A stretch of 64,000 bases of DNA from Nitrospirota bacterium (GCA_040754455.1 JBFMCP010000011.1:11463-75462); one strand, 5' to 3'; counted from the stretch's first letter, positions 41,386-51,740 are shown. Notes: generated from the letters alone by a model not told the origin. Program-made: numbers and translations.

Positions 41386-42162
41386 TTATTGATTTTGTTG
41401 GGGGTATTTGGCTTCTTCCCAGAGCGCGTCCATCTCCTCCAGGGTCATGTCCGAGAGATTTCTCCCGGATTCGGCAGCTTTTATCTCGATATATCGGAAA
41501 CGGGAAATGAATTTACTGATCGTTTTCCTGAGTGCGTCTTCCGGATTGACGCCTACGAAGCGGGCGATATTGACGAGAGAGAAAAAGACGTCACCGAGTT
41601 CATCCTCGATCCGGGCCTGATCTTTGCTTTCAAGGGCTTTCCTGAACTCTGCGAGTTCCTCGTCAAGCTTTCCGAGTACATCCTCAACCCGTTTCCAGTC
41701 GAACCCTACACGTGCCGCCCTCGATTGGATCCGGTGCGCCTTGAGGAGTGAGGGAAGCTCCTTTGGAACACCCTCAAGGATGGACTCCCTGCCCTTCCCC
41801 TCTTCCCGCTTGCGTTCCTCCCATTGCTTCAGCACCTGTTCAGGGGTCTCGAATTTCGCGGTGCCGAAGACATGCGGATGCCGCCCGATCATTTTCGTGC
41901 TGATAGTGTTGATGACATCATCCATATCGAACTCCCCCTGCTCCTTGGCAAGCTGGGCATGGAAGATGATTTGAAAGAGCAGGTCGCCGAGCTCCTCTTT
42001 TATCTTTGAAGGGGCCTTTTCATCGATCGCCTCGATCACCTCATAGGTCTCCTCGACGAGAAAGGGCTTCAGCGACTCCCGCGTCTGCTCCTTGTCCCAG
42101 GGGCAGCCGTTCTCGGCGCGCAGGGCAGCCATAATGTCGAGCAATTTTTGAAAATTATCCAT
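41386..42162 (-). CDS. mazG: Nucleoside triphosphate pyrophosphohydrolase MazG
   Basis: LR...GCPWD.EQT..SL...EETYEV, EELGDLL.Q, RHPHVF, GFDW, ELGD.FF. Confidence 0.95.
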   Translation of the reverse strand: MDNFQKLLDIMAALRAENGCPWDKEQTRESLKPFLVEETYEVIEAIDEKAPSKIKEELGDLLFQIIFHAQLAKEQGEFDMDDVINTISTKMIGRHPHVFGTAKFETPEQVLKQWEERKREEGKGRESILEGVPKELPSLLKAHRIQSRAARVGFDWKRVEDVLGKLDEELAEFRKALESKDQARIEDELGDVFFSLVNIARFVGVNPEDALRKTISKFISRFRYIEIKAAESGRNLSDMTLEEMDALWEEAKYPQQNQ

Positions 42163-42303
42163 AAAAATAAATTCTAAATTCTAAGCACGAAGTCCTAAGC
42201 AAACCTTTACATTCAAATAACCCGAACAGTTTCGAATTTTGAGCATTCGAATTTGTTTCGAATTTAGGATTGAGGATTTTTCAGCTTTGTGTCCTTTGTG
42301 GTT
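42163..42303. repeat. Palindromic heptamer repeat element
   Basis: AAATTCT AAATTCT AAGCACG AAGTCCT AAGC ... TCGAATT TTGAGCA TTCGAATT ... TCGAATT TAGGATT. Confidence 0.7.
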
Positions 42304-42309
42304 CAGAAG

Positions 42310-43188
42310 TTATTTCGTTAAAATATCCACGATCTTCCGGTATCTGGCCACGGTCTTCTGCACGATCTCATCGGGGAGCACCGGACCCGGATAGGTTTTG
42401 TCCCAGTCAAGGGTAAGAAGGTAGTCCCTTACGAGTTGCTTGTCAAAGCTGTCCTGTCCCTTGCCGGGCTGGTAGTCCTTTATCGACCAGAACCGCGATG
42501 AATCGGGGGTGAGGAGCTCATCGATCAGGATCAACCTGTTTTCATACAATCCGAATTCCATCTTCGTATCGGCGATGATGATGCCTTTCTTCTCCGCAAT
42601 CTCTCTGCCCCTTTTGTACACTTTGAGACTCACCTCTTTGAGTTGTTCCGCAAGGGCAGGATCAACGAGCTTTTTCATCTCATCGAAACTGATATTGACG
42701 TCGTGTCCCTCTTCCGCTTTCGTGCTCGGCGTAAAGATAGGCTCATCGAGCCGGGAAGATTCCACGAGACCTCCGGGAAGCTTGATCCCGCCGACAGTCC
42801 CTCTTTCTTTGTACTCCTTCCATCCGGAGCCCGAGAGATATCCGCGCACAATGCACTCGACAGGCATCGGCGTTGCCTTTTTCACCAGCATGCTCCTGCC
42901 TTCGAGCACACTCTTATGTTTCTGGAGCACGGAGGGATAATCTTTCACCTCAGTCGCTACAATATGGTTTTCGATAATATCCTTCATCTGGTCGAACCAA
43001 TAGAGGGATATGCGGGTCAGCATCGTTCCTTTATCGGGAATGCCGTTGGGCAGCACTACATCAAAGGCCGAAACCCTGTCGGTAGCGACAATGAGGAGAT
43101 AGTTGTCCACTTCATAGACGTCCCTCACCTTGCCGCGCCTGACCAGCTTCACCTCATCGAAATCCGTTTTCATGACTACGTCAGCCAT
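42310..43188 (-). CDS. purC: SAICAR synthetase
   Basis: [65 protein letters not shown]. Confidence 0.95.
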   Translation of the reverse strand: MADVVMKTDFDEVKLVRRGKVRDVYEVDNYLLIVATDRVSAFDVVLPNGIPDKGTMLTRISLYWFDQMKDIIENHIVATEVKDYPSVLQKHKSVLEGRSMLVKKATPMPVECIVRGYLSGSGWKEYKERGTVGGIKLPGGLVESSRLDEPIFTPSTKAEEGHDVNISFDEMKKLVDPALAEQLKEVSLKVYKRGREIAEKKGIIIADTKMEFGLYENRLILIDELLTPDSSRFWSIKDYQPGKGQDSFDKQLVRDYLLTLDWDKTYPGPVLPDEIVQKTVARYRKIVDILTK

Positions 43189-43250
43189 GGTTACCTCCTC
43201 AGAGCGATTTCCGAAACTCACATGACGCTAGAAAACAAGTTATTATTTTA

Positions 43251-45920
43251 TCATAAACGGGCGGGAGCAGCACTACGCCGCCGTATCCACTTCTCGATCT
43301 CAACCGCAAAAAATACCACCGTGGAAAGCGCGAGGATCGACAGCAGCTCGTGCGCCGTAAGCGGTACCGTCTTGAATATAGAATTAAAGAACGGCACATA
43401 GATGACCGCCATCTGGAGAAGAAAGGTAACGAGCACCGCCCCCAGCATTGCCTTGATTTTTTCTGGAGGCATTCTGAAGAACGATTGCTGCTCAGAGGTA
43501 AGGGCCAGTGCAGTGCCGAGTTCAGCTACACAGATGAAGGTGAAGACCATGGTCTGCCACTTTGCATGCAAGCCGCCGTTCATCGTGCCCGCCTGGAGCA
43601 TGATGCCGATGCCTGCCAGGAGGAGACCCGTCCAGAGGACGCTCACCATCATCCGAGCACCAATGATCCCGGCCTTGGGATCACGGGGCGGTCTGCTCAT
43701 CACATTCGGCTCCGCAGGCCCCGCAGCAAAGGCGAGGCTCGGCAGGCCGTCGGTAACGAGATTGAGCCAGAGCATATGAATCGGCAGGAGGGGGAGGGGC
43801 AGTCCGAAGAACGGGGCAAAGAAGATCAGCATGATCTCACCAGAATTGGTTGAAAGTATATAGCGGATCATCTTCTCGATTCCGTCGAATATCCTTCTCC
43901 CCTCCTTAACCGCCTTGACGATGGTGGCGAAATTATCGTCCAGGAGAACCATGTGGGCCGCCTGCTTCGCCACATCGGTGCCGGTGATGCCCATCGCAAT
44001 ACCGATATCTGCGCGTTTCAGGGCAGGGGTGTCGTTGACACCATCCCCCGTCATTGCGACAAATTGTCCTTTGTCCTGGAGCGCTTTGACGATCTTCAGC
44101 TTCTGTTCGGGGGCAACCCGGGCATACGCCCTGATATGTTCAACCCGTTCTTCAAACTCCTCGAGAGGCAACTTTTCAAGCTCCCTTCCTGTCATCACTC
44201 CCCGCTCACCCTCAAGTATCCCGAGCCTTTTAGCGATAGCCCGTGCGGTAAGGGGATGGTCGCCCGTAATCATGACCGGCTTGATTCCCGCACTCTTGCA
44301 CAGGGCAACCGCCTCCTTTGCTTCCTCCCGGGGCGGATCCATCATGCCGACAAGTCCGAGCATCGTGAGGCCTGTCTCGACCTGCTCGGGCGACAGGTTT
44401 TCAGGAATCCTGTCCCATGTCCTCATGGTGATACATAAAATTCTCAGCCCATCCGCAGCCATTCGCTCATTGATTTTAAAAACAGCTTGTTCATTGACTG
44501 CTTTTGTTCCCTGCACGGTAAGCACATCCTCCGATTTTTCGGCAAGCGACTCGACCGCACCTTTGGTGAACGATACAAAACCGCCACCCCATTTATGAAA
44601 GGTGGTCATTGCCTTTCGTTCAGAATCAAAGGGAACCTCAGCCATCCTCGGAAAGTCATTCTCGAGGGCTTTCTTATCAAAGCCAAGCTCTTTGGCAATA
44701 TTATAGAGTGCGATTTCGGTCGGATCGCCGATCATCGTTCCATCGGCGCCCATCTGCGCGTCATTGCTCAACGCAAGGGCAATCATCATCAGCTCGGAAG
44801 CGCGGAGGTCCGGAAGCGCAGAAGGGACGGGCTTCCTTAATGTGACCTCCGCACTTCCACGCTTCAGATCCTCCGCTCTCGCTACTTTCTCATCAACATA
44901 GACCTCTTCAACGGTCATTTTATTCAGGGTAAGCGTCCCTGTCTTATCGGAGCAGATGTAGGTGACCGAGCCGAGCGTCTCTACTGCCGGGAGCTTTCTC
45001 ACCAATACATTCTGCCTGACCATTTTCCTTGCCCCGAGAGCAAGCGATATGGTCACCACCGCTGGCAGTGCCTCCGGAATCGCTGCAACAACAAGGGTGA
45101 GGGCGGTCATGAACATTCCCAGAACCGGCTCCCCCCTCAGTATGCCGAAACCAAAGACAATGGCGCAGATGGCGATCACCGACAGCGCAAGTTTTCTCCC
45201 GAATGCGGCCAGTCTCTTTTGAAGCGGTGTTTTGACCTCCTCCTCTTCCTGGAGCATGGTGGCGATCTTACCGAGCTCCGTGTCCATTCCGGTGGCGACC
45301 ACAATGCCACTCCCTCTCCCATACGATACCGTCGTGCCCTTGTATGCCATATTTTTTCTATCACCGAGGGAAAGCGCTGCGTCCTCCAATGCTTCCGTGT
45401 GCTTTTCTACAGGAACCGACTCCCCCGTAAGCGCTGCCTCTTCAACTTTCAACTGTGCCGCTTCCGCAAGCCGCATGTCAGCAGGCACGATTTTCCCGGC
45501 CTCGAGCAGCACCATATCACCGGGCACAATCTCCGAGGCCTGAATATCCGCAGGCACTCCGCTCCTGATGACCGTCGCCGTCGGCGCCGCCATCTTCTCA
45601 AGAGCTGCCATCGCCTTTTCTGCCCTGTACTCCTGGATAAATCCTATAATCGCGTTGAGAACAATGATCACGATGATGGCAATAGTATCCGAGAGCTCGC
45701 CGATAAAGCCCGATATTCCCGCGGCAGCGACGAGCACGAGGATCATGAGATCCTTGAATTGATCGAGAAACATCATGAAGGGGGTCTTTTTCTTCTTCTC
45801 TTTCAGCTTATTGGGGCCGTAATCAGCCAGGCGCTTCCGCGCCTCTTCAGGGGAAATCCCCTGAAGGGATGTATTCAGTTCGGCGACAACTGCATCGATT
45901 CTCTTCTGGTGCCAGCGCAT
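43251..45920 (-). CDS. P-type ATPase, P2A (Ca2+/Mn2+-type; YoaB/PacL-like)
   Basis: LTGES, TM4 [33 protein letters not shown]5 STNSGE, TM6 [10 protein letters not shown]. Confidence 0.93.
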   Translation of the reverse strand: MRWHQKRIDAVVAELNTSLQGISPEEARKRLADYGPNKLKEKKKKTPFMMFLDQFKDLMILVLVAAAGISGFIGELSDTIAIIVIIVLNAIIGFIQEYRAEKAMAALEKMAAPTATVIRSGVPADIQASEIVPGDMVLLEAGKIVPADMRLAEAAQLKVEEAALTGESVPVEKHTEALEDAALSLGDRKNMAYKGTTVSYGRGSGIVVATGMDTELGKIATMLQEEEEVKTPLQKRLAAFGRKLALSVIAICAIVFGFGILRGEPVLGMFMTALTLVVAAIPEALPAVVTISLALGARKMVRQNVLVRKLPAVETLGSVTYICSDKTGTLTLNKMTVEEVYVDEKVARAEDLKRGSAEVTLRKPVPSALPDLRASELMMIALALSNDAQMGADGTMIGDPTEIALYNIAKELGFDKKALENDFPRMAEVPFDSERKAMTTFHKWGGGFVSFTKGAVESLAEKSEDVLTVQGTKAVNEQAVFKINERMAADGLRILCITMRTWDRIPENLSPEQVETGLTMLGLVGMMDPPREEAKEAVALCKSAGIKPVMITGDHPLTARAIAKRLGILEGERGVMTGRELEKLPLEEFEERVEHIRAYARVAPEQKLKIVKALQDKGQFVAMTGDGVNDTPALKRADIGIAMGITGTDVAKQAAHMVLLDDNFATIVKAVKEGRRIFDGIEKMIRYILSTNSGEIMLIFFAPFFGLPLPLLPIHMLWLNLVTDGLPSLAFAAGPAEPNVMSRPPRDPKAGIIGARMMVSVLWTGLLLAGIGIMLQAGTMNGGLHAKWQTMVFTFICVAELGTALALTSEQQSFFRMPPEKIKAMLGAVLVTFLLQMAVIYVPFFNSIFKTVPLTAHELLSILALSTVVFFAVEIEKWIRRRSAAPARL
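44795..44880. repeat. Palindromic octamer repeat inserted in frame in the P-type ATPase
   Basis: GGAAGCGC GGAGGTCC GGAAGCGC AGAAG ... GACCTCC GCACTTCC ACGCTTCA GATCCTCC GC; encodes roughly [27 protein letters not shown]. Confidence 0.7.
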
Positions 45921-45956
45921 GAATGCTCCTTCTAAAGCCAAGATTAAAGGCTCAGG

Positions 45957-46226
45957 TCAGTCGAACAATTCTTCGAAGAACGATTTCATTTTGTGTTTCT
46001 TATGTCCGTAGTGTTTATCTTTGTATTCGTAATGTTTATGCTTATTCCTGGACTCCTCATGGGGTACATGTCGATGTCCCTCATCATACACTGAAGCGGA
46101 TCTTTCTATAATTTTATCAAGCTCGCCGCGATCTAACCACACCCCGCGGCACTGCGGGCAATAATCGATCTCGATTCCCTGCCGCTCGGATATCGCCAGG
46201 GCGATAGTACATGCCGGACATTTCAT
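45957..46226 (-). CDS. zf-TFIIB-type Zn-ribbon protein with His/Lys-rich tail
   Basis: MKCPAC...IEIDYCPQCRGVWLDRGELDKII...KKHKMKSFFEELFD. Confidence 0.88.
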   Translation of the reverse strand: MKCPACTIALAISERQGIEIDYCPQCRGVWLDRGELDKIIERSASVYDEGHRHVPHEESRNKHKHYEYKDKHYGHKKHKMKSFFEELFD

Positions 46227-46254
46227 ACCGGATACCTCCCTTCCAATGGCCTGG

Positions 46255-46554
46255 CTACTTCTTGAATACGCTGAAAAGCTTATCGAGCCCCGTCTTTTCG
46301 AGCCGGGCTACTGCCTCGAGCTCTCCAGCATCGAGCCAGATCCCCTCGCACTCCGAGCATTTATCGACCTTTATGTCTTTATAGTCAATCTCTATCAGCT
46401 CCATCCCGCACTTGGGGCAGCGCATAAAATGGAGCTCTCTGAGCCGCTTCTTCTCCTCATCGGCGAGCCTCCTATGCTTCTCCTCCTCGATCTTCTTTAA
46501 TCTCTCATACTCCTTCCTTGCTACATACTCCTCTTCTCTTTCGCTTGGTCTCAT
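46255..46554 (-). CDS. zf-TFIIB-type Zn-ribbon protein with N-terminal coiled coil
   Basis: EEEY...HFMRCPKCG.EL......VDKCSECEGIWLDAGELE. ATGA overlap with the upstream gene and AAGGAGG RBS. Confidence 0.85.
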   Translation of the reverse strand: MRPSEREEEYVARKEYERLKKIEEEKHRRLADEEKKRLRELHFMRCPKCGMELIEIDYKDIKVDKCSECEGIWLDAGELEAVARLEKTGLDKLFSVFKK

Positions 46555-46763
46555 TGCATATACCTCCTTTTTCCGTTCTGCAGCTTGGTTTTCACTGCCC
46601 TTAATAAACCTCTCGCCCAACTGAACTCGGTGGAGAGGATCCCCAGGCCGAGCGGTATCACGACAACGGCAGGGCCGGGCAGAATAATCATTGCAATGCC
46701 TCCCGCCAGCACGGCAAACCCGACGACGGCCACCAGCACCCTCTTCATCGATCGCACAACCAT
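46551..46763 (-). CDS. PGPGW-domain small membrane protein
   Basis: VVGF.VL..GIAMIILPGPA.VVIPLGL.ILSTEF.WAR. Confidence 0.85.
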   Translation of the reverse strand: MVVRSMKRVLVAVVGFAVLAGGIAMIILPGPAVVVIPLGLGILSTEFSWARGLLRAVKTKLQNGKRRYMQ

Positions 46764-46770
46764 GATGCGA

Positions 46771-48234
46771 TTATCCCAGGAACTTTCTTATATGCGCTGC
46801 CTCAATGAGCATCCGCTGCATATTCGAATGGTCATTCTCCCTGAGGGCCTTTATGATCCGTGAAGTGATCTTCTTGTACTCAGGGAGTATGCTGTATTCA
46901 CCCCAGTCGAGCCGGAGCGATTTCCTCACCTCATCCGGAAGAAGTGCAAGCACCTCCTCGTTAAAAAAGGACATTGCCGTCTTCATATCGAACATGAAGT
47001 TCACATGCATATCCTTCATGCATGCTCTATCCTCAGGGGTAAGAACATTAAGCCCGATGATCTCCGGCGGCAGGCCGATGGAATAGCAGGCGGCACAGAA
47101 GCTTATAACTCTCGGGAGCGAGGTGGTGCCGATGCTGCGGGCGTATCCGAAAAGACCGACATGGAGCTTTCGCATCCTTCGCCTCGGAACAAAACCTGCC
47201 ATATGGTTGATAACGGGAGCAAGATATTCTATAAGTCTCCGGTATTCCACCGACACCTTTTCTATGATTTCGATGCACTTCCCCTCGTCCAGGTCATATC
47301 CCCTCATCATCCGGGTTCCTCTCAGCCTCTCTATGGCGGAGGTGACCGACAAAACGGAGTAGTCGTACTTGAAAGCAGACTGGATGGTAAATGTCTGGAC
47401 ATCGGGATACTCTTCCAGCATCATGTCGACGGTGTCGGGGGTAAGATGTCCTCTGAACGGCGCAGAACCGGCGCCGAGTATGGGGTATATTGCAACGCCG
47501 GTCTCTTCGGAGAGCTTCCTCAGGCGTTGAAGGGCGATTTTATTGCAGAGGATTGCGCTTACCATGCCGTAGTTCATAGCGGGATCGGACCTGGCGATAA
47601 AAACCCGCTGGTGCTTGATATCCTTCCCCTTCAAATATTCGCCTATAATGCGGTGGGCCTCGAGCATATGCACCTTATCCTCGAAAAGCGGGATCACATT
47701 GATGGTTCCAGGCTGGAACTCTCCGATCCACTCGGAGATGGTGATGTCCCCCGGGTAAAAGGGCTTATGCCCCTTTCCCACCACAAAATCCTTGTAGTAA
47801 TAGTAGACCCTGTTCAGACTCTCAGGGGATATCGTCATCGGCAGAATGACTTCGAAAATGGGAGGGATGTCCTGTCCATAAAACAGCCGCGCAGCATCGC
47901 AGGACCGGGGTATGCTCTCAAGTGTCTCTATGAGGACTTTGGCTTCCTGCCGTTCCGCATCGGGGTTGGGGACCCGCAACGTGAGGAAGATATCCTCCCC
48001 CAACCTCTTCTGTTTGAAAAAGTGCTCATATTTGGTGAGGAGCTTGCGCACGACGAAATCATCGACTTCCTTGCCCTCGCAATCCCACATCTGCTCATCG
48101 ATACCGAGGTGCGAATAGGCGTAATACGCTTCCTGTATCTCGTCATCTCCCGACATGTCCTGACTCTCGGCAAAGAAGGGCAGGACGACATTGTCCGGGT
48201 GCTGTGTCGACATTACCCTCGGAATCCTCATCAT
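46771..48234 (-). CDS. ppcA: Archaeal-type phosphoenolpyruvate carboxylase
   Basis: IPRVMSTQHPDN, EQMWDCEGK, LTLRVPNP, FEVILPMT, VIPLFED, RVFIARSDPAMNYG, GSAPFRG, TIQSAFKYD, RKLHVGLFGYAR, LPR.ISFC.A.YSIGLPPE. Confidence 0.92.
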   Translation of the reverse strand: MMRIPRVMSTQHPDNVVLPFFAESQDMSGDDEIQEAYYAYSHLGIDEQMWDCEGKEVDDFVVRKLLTKYEHFFKQKRLGEDIFLTLRVPNPDAERQEAKVLIETLESIPRSCDAARLFYGQDIPPIFEVILPMTISPESLNRVYYYYKDFVVGKGHKPFYPGDITISEWIGEFQPGTINVIPLFEDKVHMLEAHRIIGEYLKGKDIKHQRVFIARSDPAMNYGMVSAILCNKIALQRLRKLSEETGVAIYPILGAGSAPFRGHLTPDTVDMMLEEYPDVQTFTIQSAFKYDYSVLSVTSAIERLRGTRMMRGYDLDEGKCIEIIEKVSVEYRRLIEYLAPVINHMAGFVPRRRMRKLHVGLFGYARSIGTTSLPRVISFCAACYSIGLPPEIIGLNVLTPEDRACMKDMHVNFMFDMKTAMSFFNEEVLALLPDEVRKSLRLDWGEYSILPEYKKITSRIIKALRENDHSNMQRMLIEAAHIRKFLG

Positions 48235-48866
48235 TGTGCTATCCTCTCAAACCTATCGGTGGAGGGATTGTAGGAGCACATACTTCCCTCTCCTATGTCA
48301 TAGTACCAGCCGTGGAGGTGCAGCGTTCCCTCATTCAATGACTGCTCAACAAAGGGATAGGTCTGTATATTATTCAATTGCAGCAGGATATTCTCCTCCT
48401 CGGTAATCCGTTGGCGGGATTCCTCGGAAGAGATCTTATCCGGGTAAAATTTAGTGACGATGAGCTTTACCGGGAATGCAAGTTTCAGCCACTCCTTCAG
48501 GTGCGGCATATGCTCAAAATCCCCTTCAGAATGGTAAAGCGCCTGCATGGCGCCGCAATTCGAATGTCCGCATACGATGATATCGGCCACCTTCAGGCCG
48601 AGTACGGCAAACTCAATAGCTGCGGCAACGCTGTTTTTGTCCTTTATGGCATCGTAGGGGGGAACGATATTTCCTACATTTCTCACAATGAAAAGCTCAC
48701 CCGGCCTACTTTGCGTCACGAGGTTGGGGTCCACCCGCGAATCCGCACAGGTGATAAAGAGCACTTTTGGAGATTGATGCTCGGAAAGGCGCCTGAAAAG
48801 ATCCCTCTCCCTCTTAAAATACGACTCCTGAAATGTGTGAATACCCCTATACAGTTTTTCGACCAT
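48231..48866 (-). CDS. Beta-class carbonic anhydrase
   Basis: Q.PKVLFITCADSRV, GELFIVRNVGN, IIVCGHSNCGAM, LHGWYYDI. ATGA overlap with ppcA. Confidence 0.94.
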   Translation of the reverse strand: MVEKLYRGIHTFQESYFKRERDLFRRLSEHQSPKVLFITCADSRVDPNLVTQSRPGELFIVRNVGNIVPPYDAIKDKNSVAAAIEFAVLGLKVADIIVCGHSNCGAMQALYHSEGDFEHMPHLKEWLKLAFPVKLIVTKFYPDKISSEESRQRITEEENILLQLNNIQTYPFVEQSLNEGTLHLHGWYYDIGEGSMCSYNPSTDRFERIAQ

Positions 48867-48882
48867 ACTATCGCTCCAATAT

Positions 48883-49003
48883 AAAAAGACCTTTACCACT
48901 TTTAAAGTAAGAGCTAAGAAGTGAGAACTCAAGAAGTAAAAGATAAAGGCAAATACTATTACTTCTCACTTCCTACTTCTTACTTTTCAGGTGGTAAAGG
49001 TCT
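48883..49003 (-). terminator. Riboswitch-1 expression-platform terminator (long repeat-filled loop)
   Basis: AGACCTTTACCAC ... GTGGTAAAGGTCT-TTTT; the 5' arm is the aptamer P1 3' strand. Confidence 0.8.
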
Positions 49004-49090
49004 CGCTTGTTAGACTGTCCTAACCAGCGGTACCGGGTCAAATGTACGACCGTATTGACGATAGCCGCTGCTACAGCTACTCCCCTTTAC
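48994..49090 (-). ncRNA. yybP-ykoY (Mn2+) riboswitch, copy 1 (upstream of CA-ppcA-...-P-type ATPase)
   Basis: GUAAAGGGGAGUAGC...UCGUCAAUACGG...CCGG...GCGAGACCUUUAC with P1 GUAAAGG/CCUUUAC; matches the hallmark L1 and L3 motifs. Confidence 0.9.
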
Positions 49091-49099
49091 TATTGTTCT

Positions 49100-49128
49100 A
49101 CCTTACCCCAAATGGGAAGATATGTCAA
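49100..49128 (-). promoter_or_regulatory. Putative sigma-70 promoter for riboswitch 1
   Basis: TTGACA-N17-TAAGGT ending about 9 nt before the aptamer 5' end. Confidence 0.6.
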
Positions 49129-49198
49129 CTATCATTTCCCGTAAGGAAGAACTCTCTTCACCTCGCCCTCTCCTCAAGCGCCACCATACGTGAATGTC

Positions 49199-51538
49199 CT
49201 ACGATAAATAGGCCACCTCGGGAAGCAGATAGGAGACAACATCCCTGTAGGATATGACTCCTACGACCTTCTCATCTTCGGTTACCGGAAGGTGCCTGAT
49301 CTTTTTATCCGACATGAGCGTAACGGCAATGCCGAGATCGGAAGAGGCATCGAGCGTTACCGGCGTAGGCGTCATGACATTCCTCATTACCTCGCTGTTC
49401 AACTGAACGCCTTTGACCAGGCAATGCATGATGTCCCGCTCGGTGAATATGCCGATTAGTTCTCCTTCCGCATCAGCGACGAGCAGCGAGCCGATATTCT
49501 TGCCGTCCATGATAGTCACGGCGTCCGCGACAATGCAGTCGGGGCTGCAGGTCTCCACGATCATCGGCTTTGACTGTACCACATCCTTCAGCGTCATTCG
49601 TGTGCTCCGCTCAAGCACCTCGATTCTCTCCGAGGGAATCCCGAACTGCTCCTGCAGCTTCACCAGGCTCTGTTTTCTTACTTTTACCGCCTCCACCGGG
49701 CAGGCCTCGTAGCATGCCCTGCACTTGACGCAGTCGTCCCGATCGATGAAGTATTTATCTCTCGTTTCTTTTACCGCACCAAAGGCGCATGCCTCCTTGC
49801 AGAGCCCACACCGTATGCATTCCGTCTGGTTAATAATGTATACGCCCATCCCCGAGCATACCTTTGCGCGGCAGTAGTGGTCGTACACATGCTCCTCGAC
49901 CTCCTCTCTGAAGTACTTGATGACCGAGAGTATGGGATTGGGAGCGCTCTTGCCGAGGCCGCACAGGGAGCCTCTCTGTATGTTCTTACCGAGCTGTATG
50001 AGCTTCTCGATATCGCCGGGCTTTCCTTTTCCTGTAGTAATATTCTCCAGGATCTGAAGCATCTGGTACGTGCCGATCCTGCAGGTCGGGCACTTGCCGC
50101 ATGACTCCGACTGGGTAAAAGAAAGGAAGTACTTTGCCACGTCCACCATGCAGGTGTCTTCGTCCATAACGACCATTCCGCCCGAGCCCATCATTGACCC
50201 GACCTTTATAAGAGAATCGAAATCGACGGGCATGTCGAGATGGCTCGCGGGGATACATCCTCCGGAAGGGCCGCCCGTCTGAACGGCCTTGAATGCTTTG
50301 CCGCCGAGGGTCCCTCCTCCTATGTCAAAGATGATTTCTCGTAGCGTCGTCCCCATCGGGACTTCGATAAGCCCTGTGTTCTTTACCTTGCCGGTGAGTG
50401 CAAAGACCTTCGTTCCCGGAGCGCTCTCGGTACCGATGCTCCTGAACCATTCGGCGCCCTTTTCAATAATGGGGGGCACACAGGCAAAGGTCTCAATGTT
50501 ATTCATATTGCTCGGATAGCCCCAGACTCCTCCTCCCACCTCGGAAGGAAGCGGCGGCCTCGTCCTCGGAAATCCTCTTTCACCCTCAAGAGATGCCACC
50601 AGCGCGGATGCTTCACCGCAGACAAAAGCTCCGGCGCCTTCACGTATCTTGAGGAGGAAGTTGAAACCGGTCCCAAGGATATTATTTCCAAGCAGGCCGA
50701 TATCTTCCGCCTGCTTTATGGCATGCCTGAGGTTCTTCACTGCAAGAGGATACTCATGCCGCACATAGATGAAGCCGTACTGTGCTCCGATCGCATAGGC
50801 GCAGAGAAGCATGCCCTCAAAGAGACTGTGAGGATCGCCTTCCATGATCGACCGATCCATGAACGCACCGGGATCGCCCTCATCCCCGTTCGCAATAACG
50901 AATTTCACGGGACTGTTGGAGCTCCTGGTATGCCGCCACTTCTGGCCCGCGGGAAAGCCGGCCCCGCCTCTTCCTCTGAGGTGCGCCCGATCAACCTCCT
51001 GCAGCACCTCATCCGGCGTCATTGAAGAGAGCGCCTTCTCGAGTGCGGCATATCCACCCACGGCAATATAGTGGTAGATATTTTGCGGATCGATCTTATC
51101 GTTATTTCTCAGCGCAATCCTCAGCTGTTTTTTGTAGAAGGGGATCGATTCCATTTCCGGAATAGGCTCGCTCATGATGTCCTCTCGATACAGCGCCTGC
51201 CTGAAATAGTTTCCCTTTCCGGATAAAGAGTTAATAAGGGGTTCCGCATGCTCCGGTTTTACCTTTTGATAAAACGTATTCTGTGGGTCAATCCGCATGA
51301 CAGGCCCCTTTTGGCACATCCCCTGGCACCCTGTTTTTATGATCTCCGGGGCAAGGCCTTTCTTCCGGCCCTCTTCCTTGAGGGCAGCGACGACGTTATG
51401 CGAGCCCATAGCTGCACAGGCCGTACCGCAGCAGACATGTATTCTCTCCCGGTCTTTCTGAAAAATTTCTCCAGAAAGCCTTTCTCTAAGCTTTTTCAGA
51501 TCATCAATACTCGCCAGCCTCTTCGTTAACATCTCCAT
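49199..51538 (-). CDS. NuoF/HydB-like NADH-binding FMN Fe-S protein with C-terminal CBS-domain pair
   Basis: Thioredoxin-like [2Fe-2S] (VCCGTAC...GCQGMC), LRGRGGAGFP, NGDEGDPGAFMDR, GAGAFVCGEAS, GGPSGG, ESCGKCPTCR, 2x CxxCxxCxxxC, then CBS (NIGSLLV...GIFTERD...IRHLPV...GVISYRD). Start after GGAGG. Confidence 0.9.
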   Translation of the reverse strand: MEMLTKRLASIDDLKKLRERLSGEIFQKDRERIHVCCGTACAAMGSHNVVAALKEEGRKKGLAPEIIKTGCQGMCQKGPVMRIDPQNTFYQKVKPEHAEPLINSLSGKGNYFRQALYREDIMSEPIPEMESIPFYKKQLRIALRNNDKIDPQNIYHYIAVGGYAALEKALSSMTPDEVLQEVDRAHLRGRGGAGFPAGQKWRHTRSSNSPVKFVIANGDEGDPGAFMDRSIMEGDPHSLFEGMLLCAYAIGAQYGFIYVRHEYPLAVKNLRHAIKQAEDIGLLGNNILGTGFNFLLKIREGAGAFVCGEASALVASLEGERGFPRTRPPLPSEVGGGVWGYPSNMNNIETFACVPPIIEKGAEWFRSIGTESAPGTKVFALTGKVKNTGLIEVPMGTTLREIIFDIGGGTLGGKAFKAVQTGGPSGGCIPASHLDMPVDFDSLIKVGSMMGSGGMVVMDEDTCMVDVAKYFLSFTQSESCGKCPTCRIGTYQMLQILENITTGKGKPGDIEKLIQLGKNIQRGSLCGLGKSAPNPILSVIKYFREEVEEHVYDHYCRAKVCSGMGVYIINQTECIRCGLCKEACAFGAVKETRDKYFIDRDDCVKCRACYEACPVEAVKVRKQSLVKLQEQFGIPSERIEVLERSTRMTLKDVVQSKPMIVETCSPDCIVADAVTIMDGKNIGSLLVADAEGELIGIFTERDIMHCLVKGVQLNSEVMRNVMTPTPVTLDASSDLGIAVTLMSDKKIRHLPVTEDEKVVGVISYRDVVSYLLPEVAYLS

Positions 51539-51637
51539 AGCTACCTCCCACATAATGTATTTCGCTCGTCTTCTCATGGGATGGATGAGGTCTCTTGCCT
51601 TCCCTTTGATAAAGCCTCTCTCTCCATCTCTCTATAT

Positions 51638-51740
51638 AAAAAGACCTTTACCATTTGAAACTAAGAAGTAGGAAGTGAGAAGTTAGATTTTACGCTTACT
51701 TCCCAGTCCTTGCTTCTTACTTTTCAGGCGGTAAAGGTCT
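51638..51740 (-). terminator. Riboswitch-2 expression-platform terminator (long repeat-filled loop)
   Basis: AGACCTTTACC ... GGTAAAGGTCT-TTTT. Confidence 0.8.

Noticed and set aside
49042..49257. Paralogous small ORFs MYDR.DDSRCYSYSPL (49042+ and 51779+)
   Set aside because: Their similarity comes from being antisense to the duplicated riboswitch.
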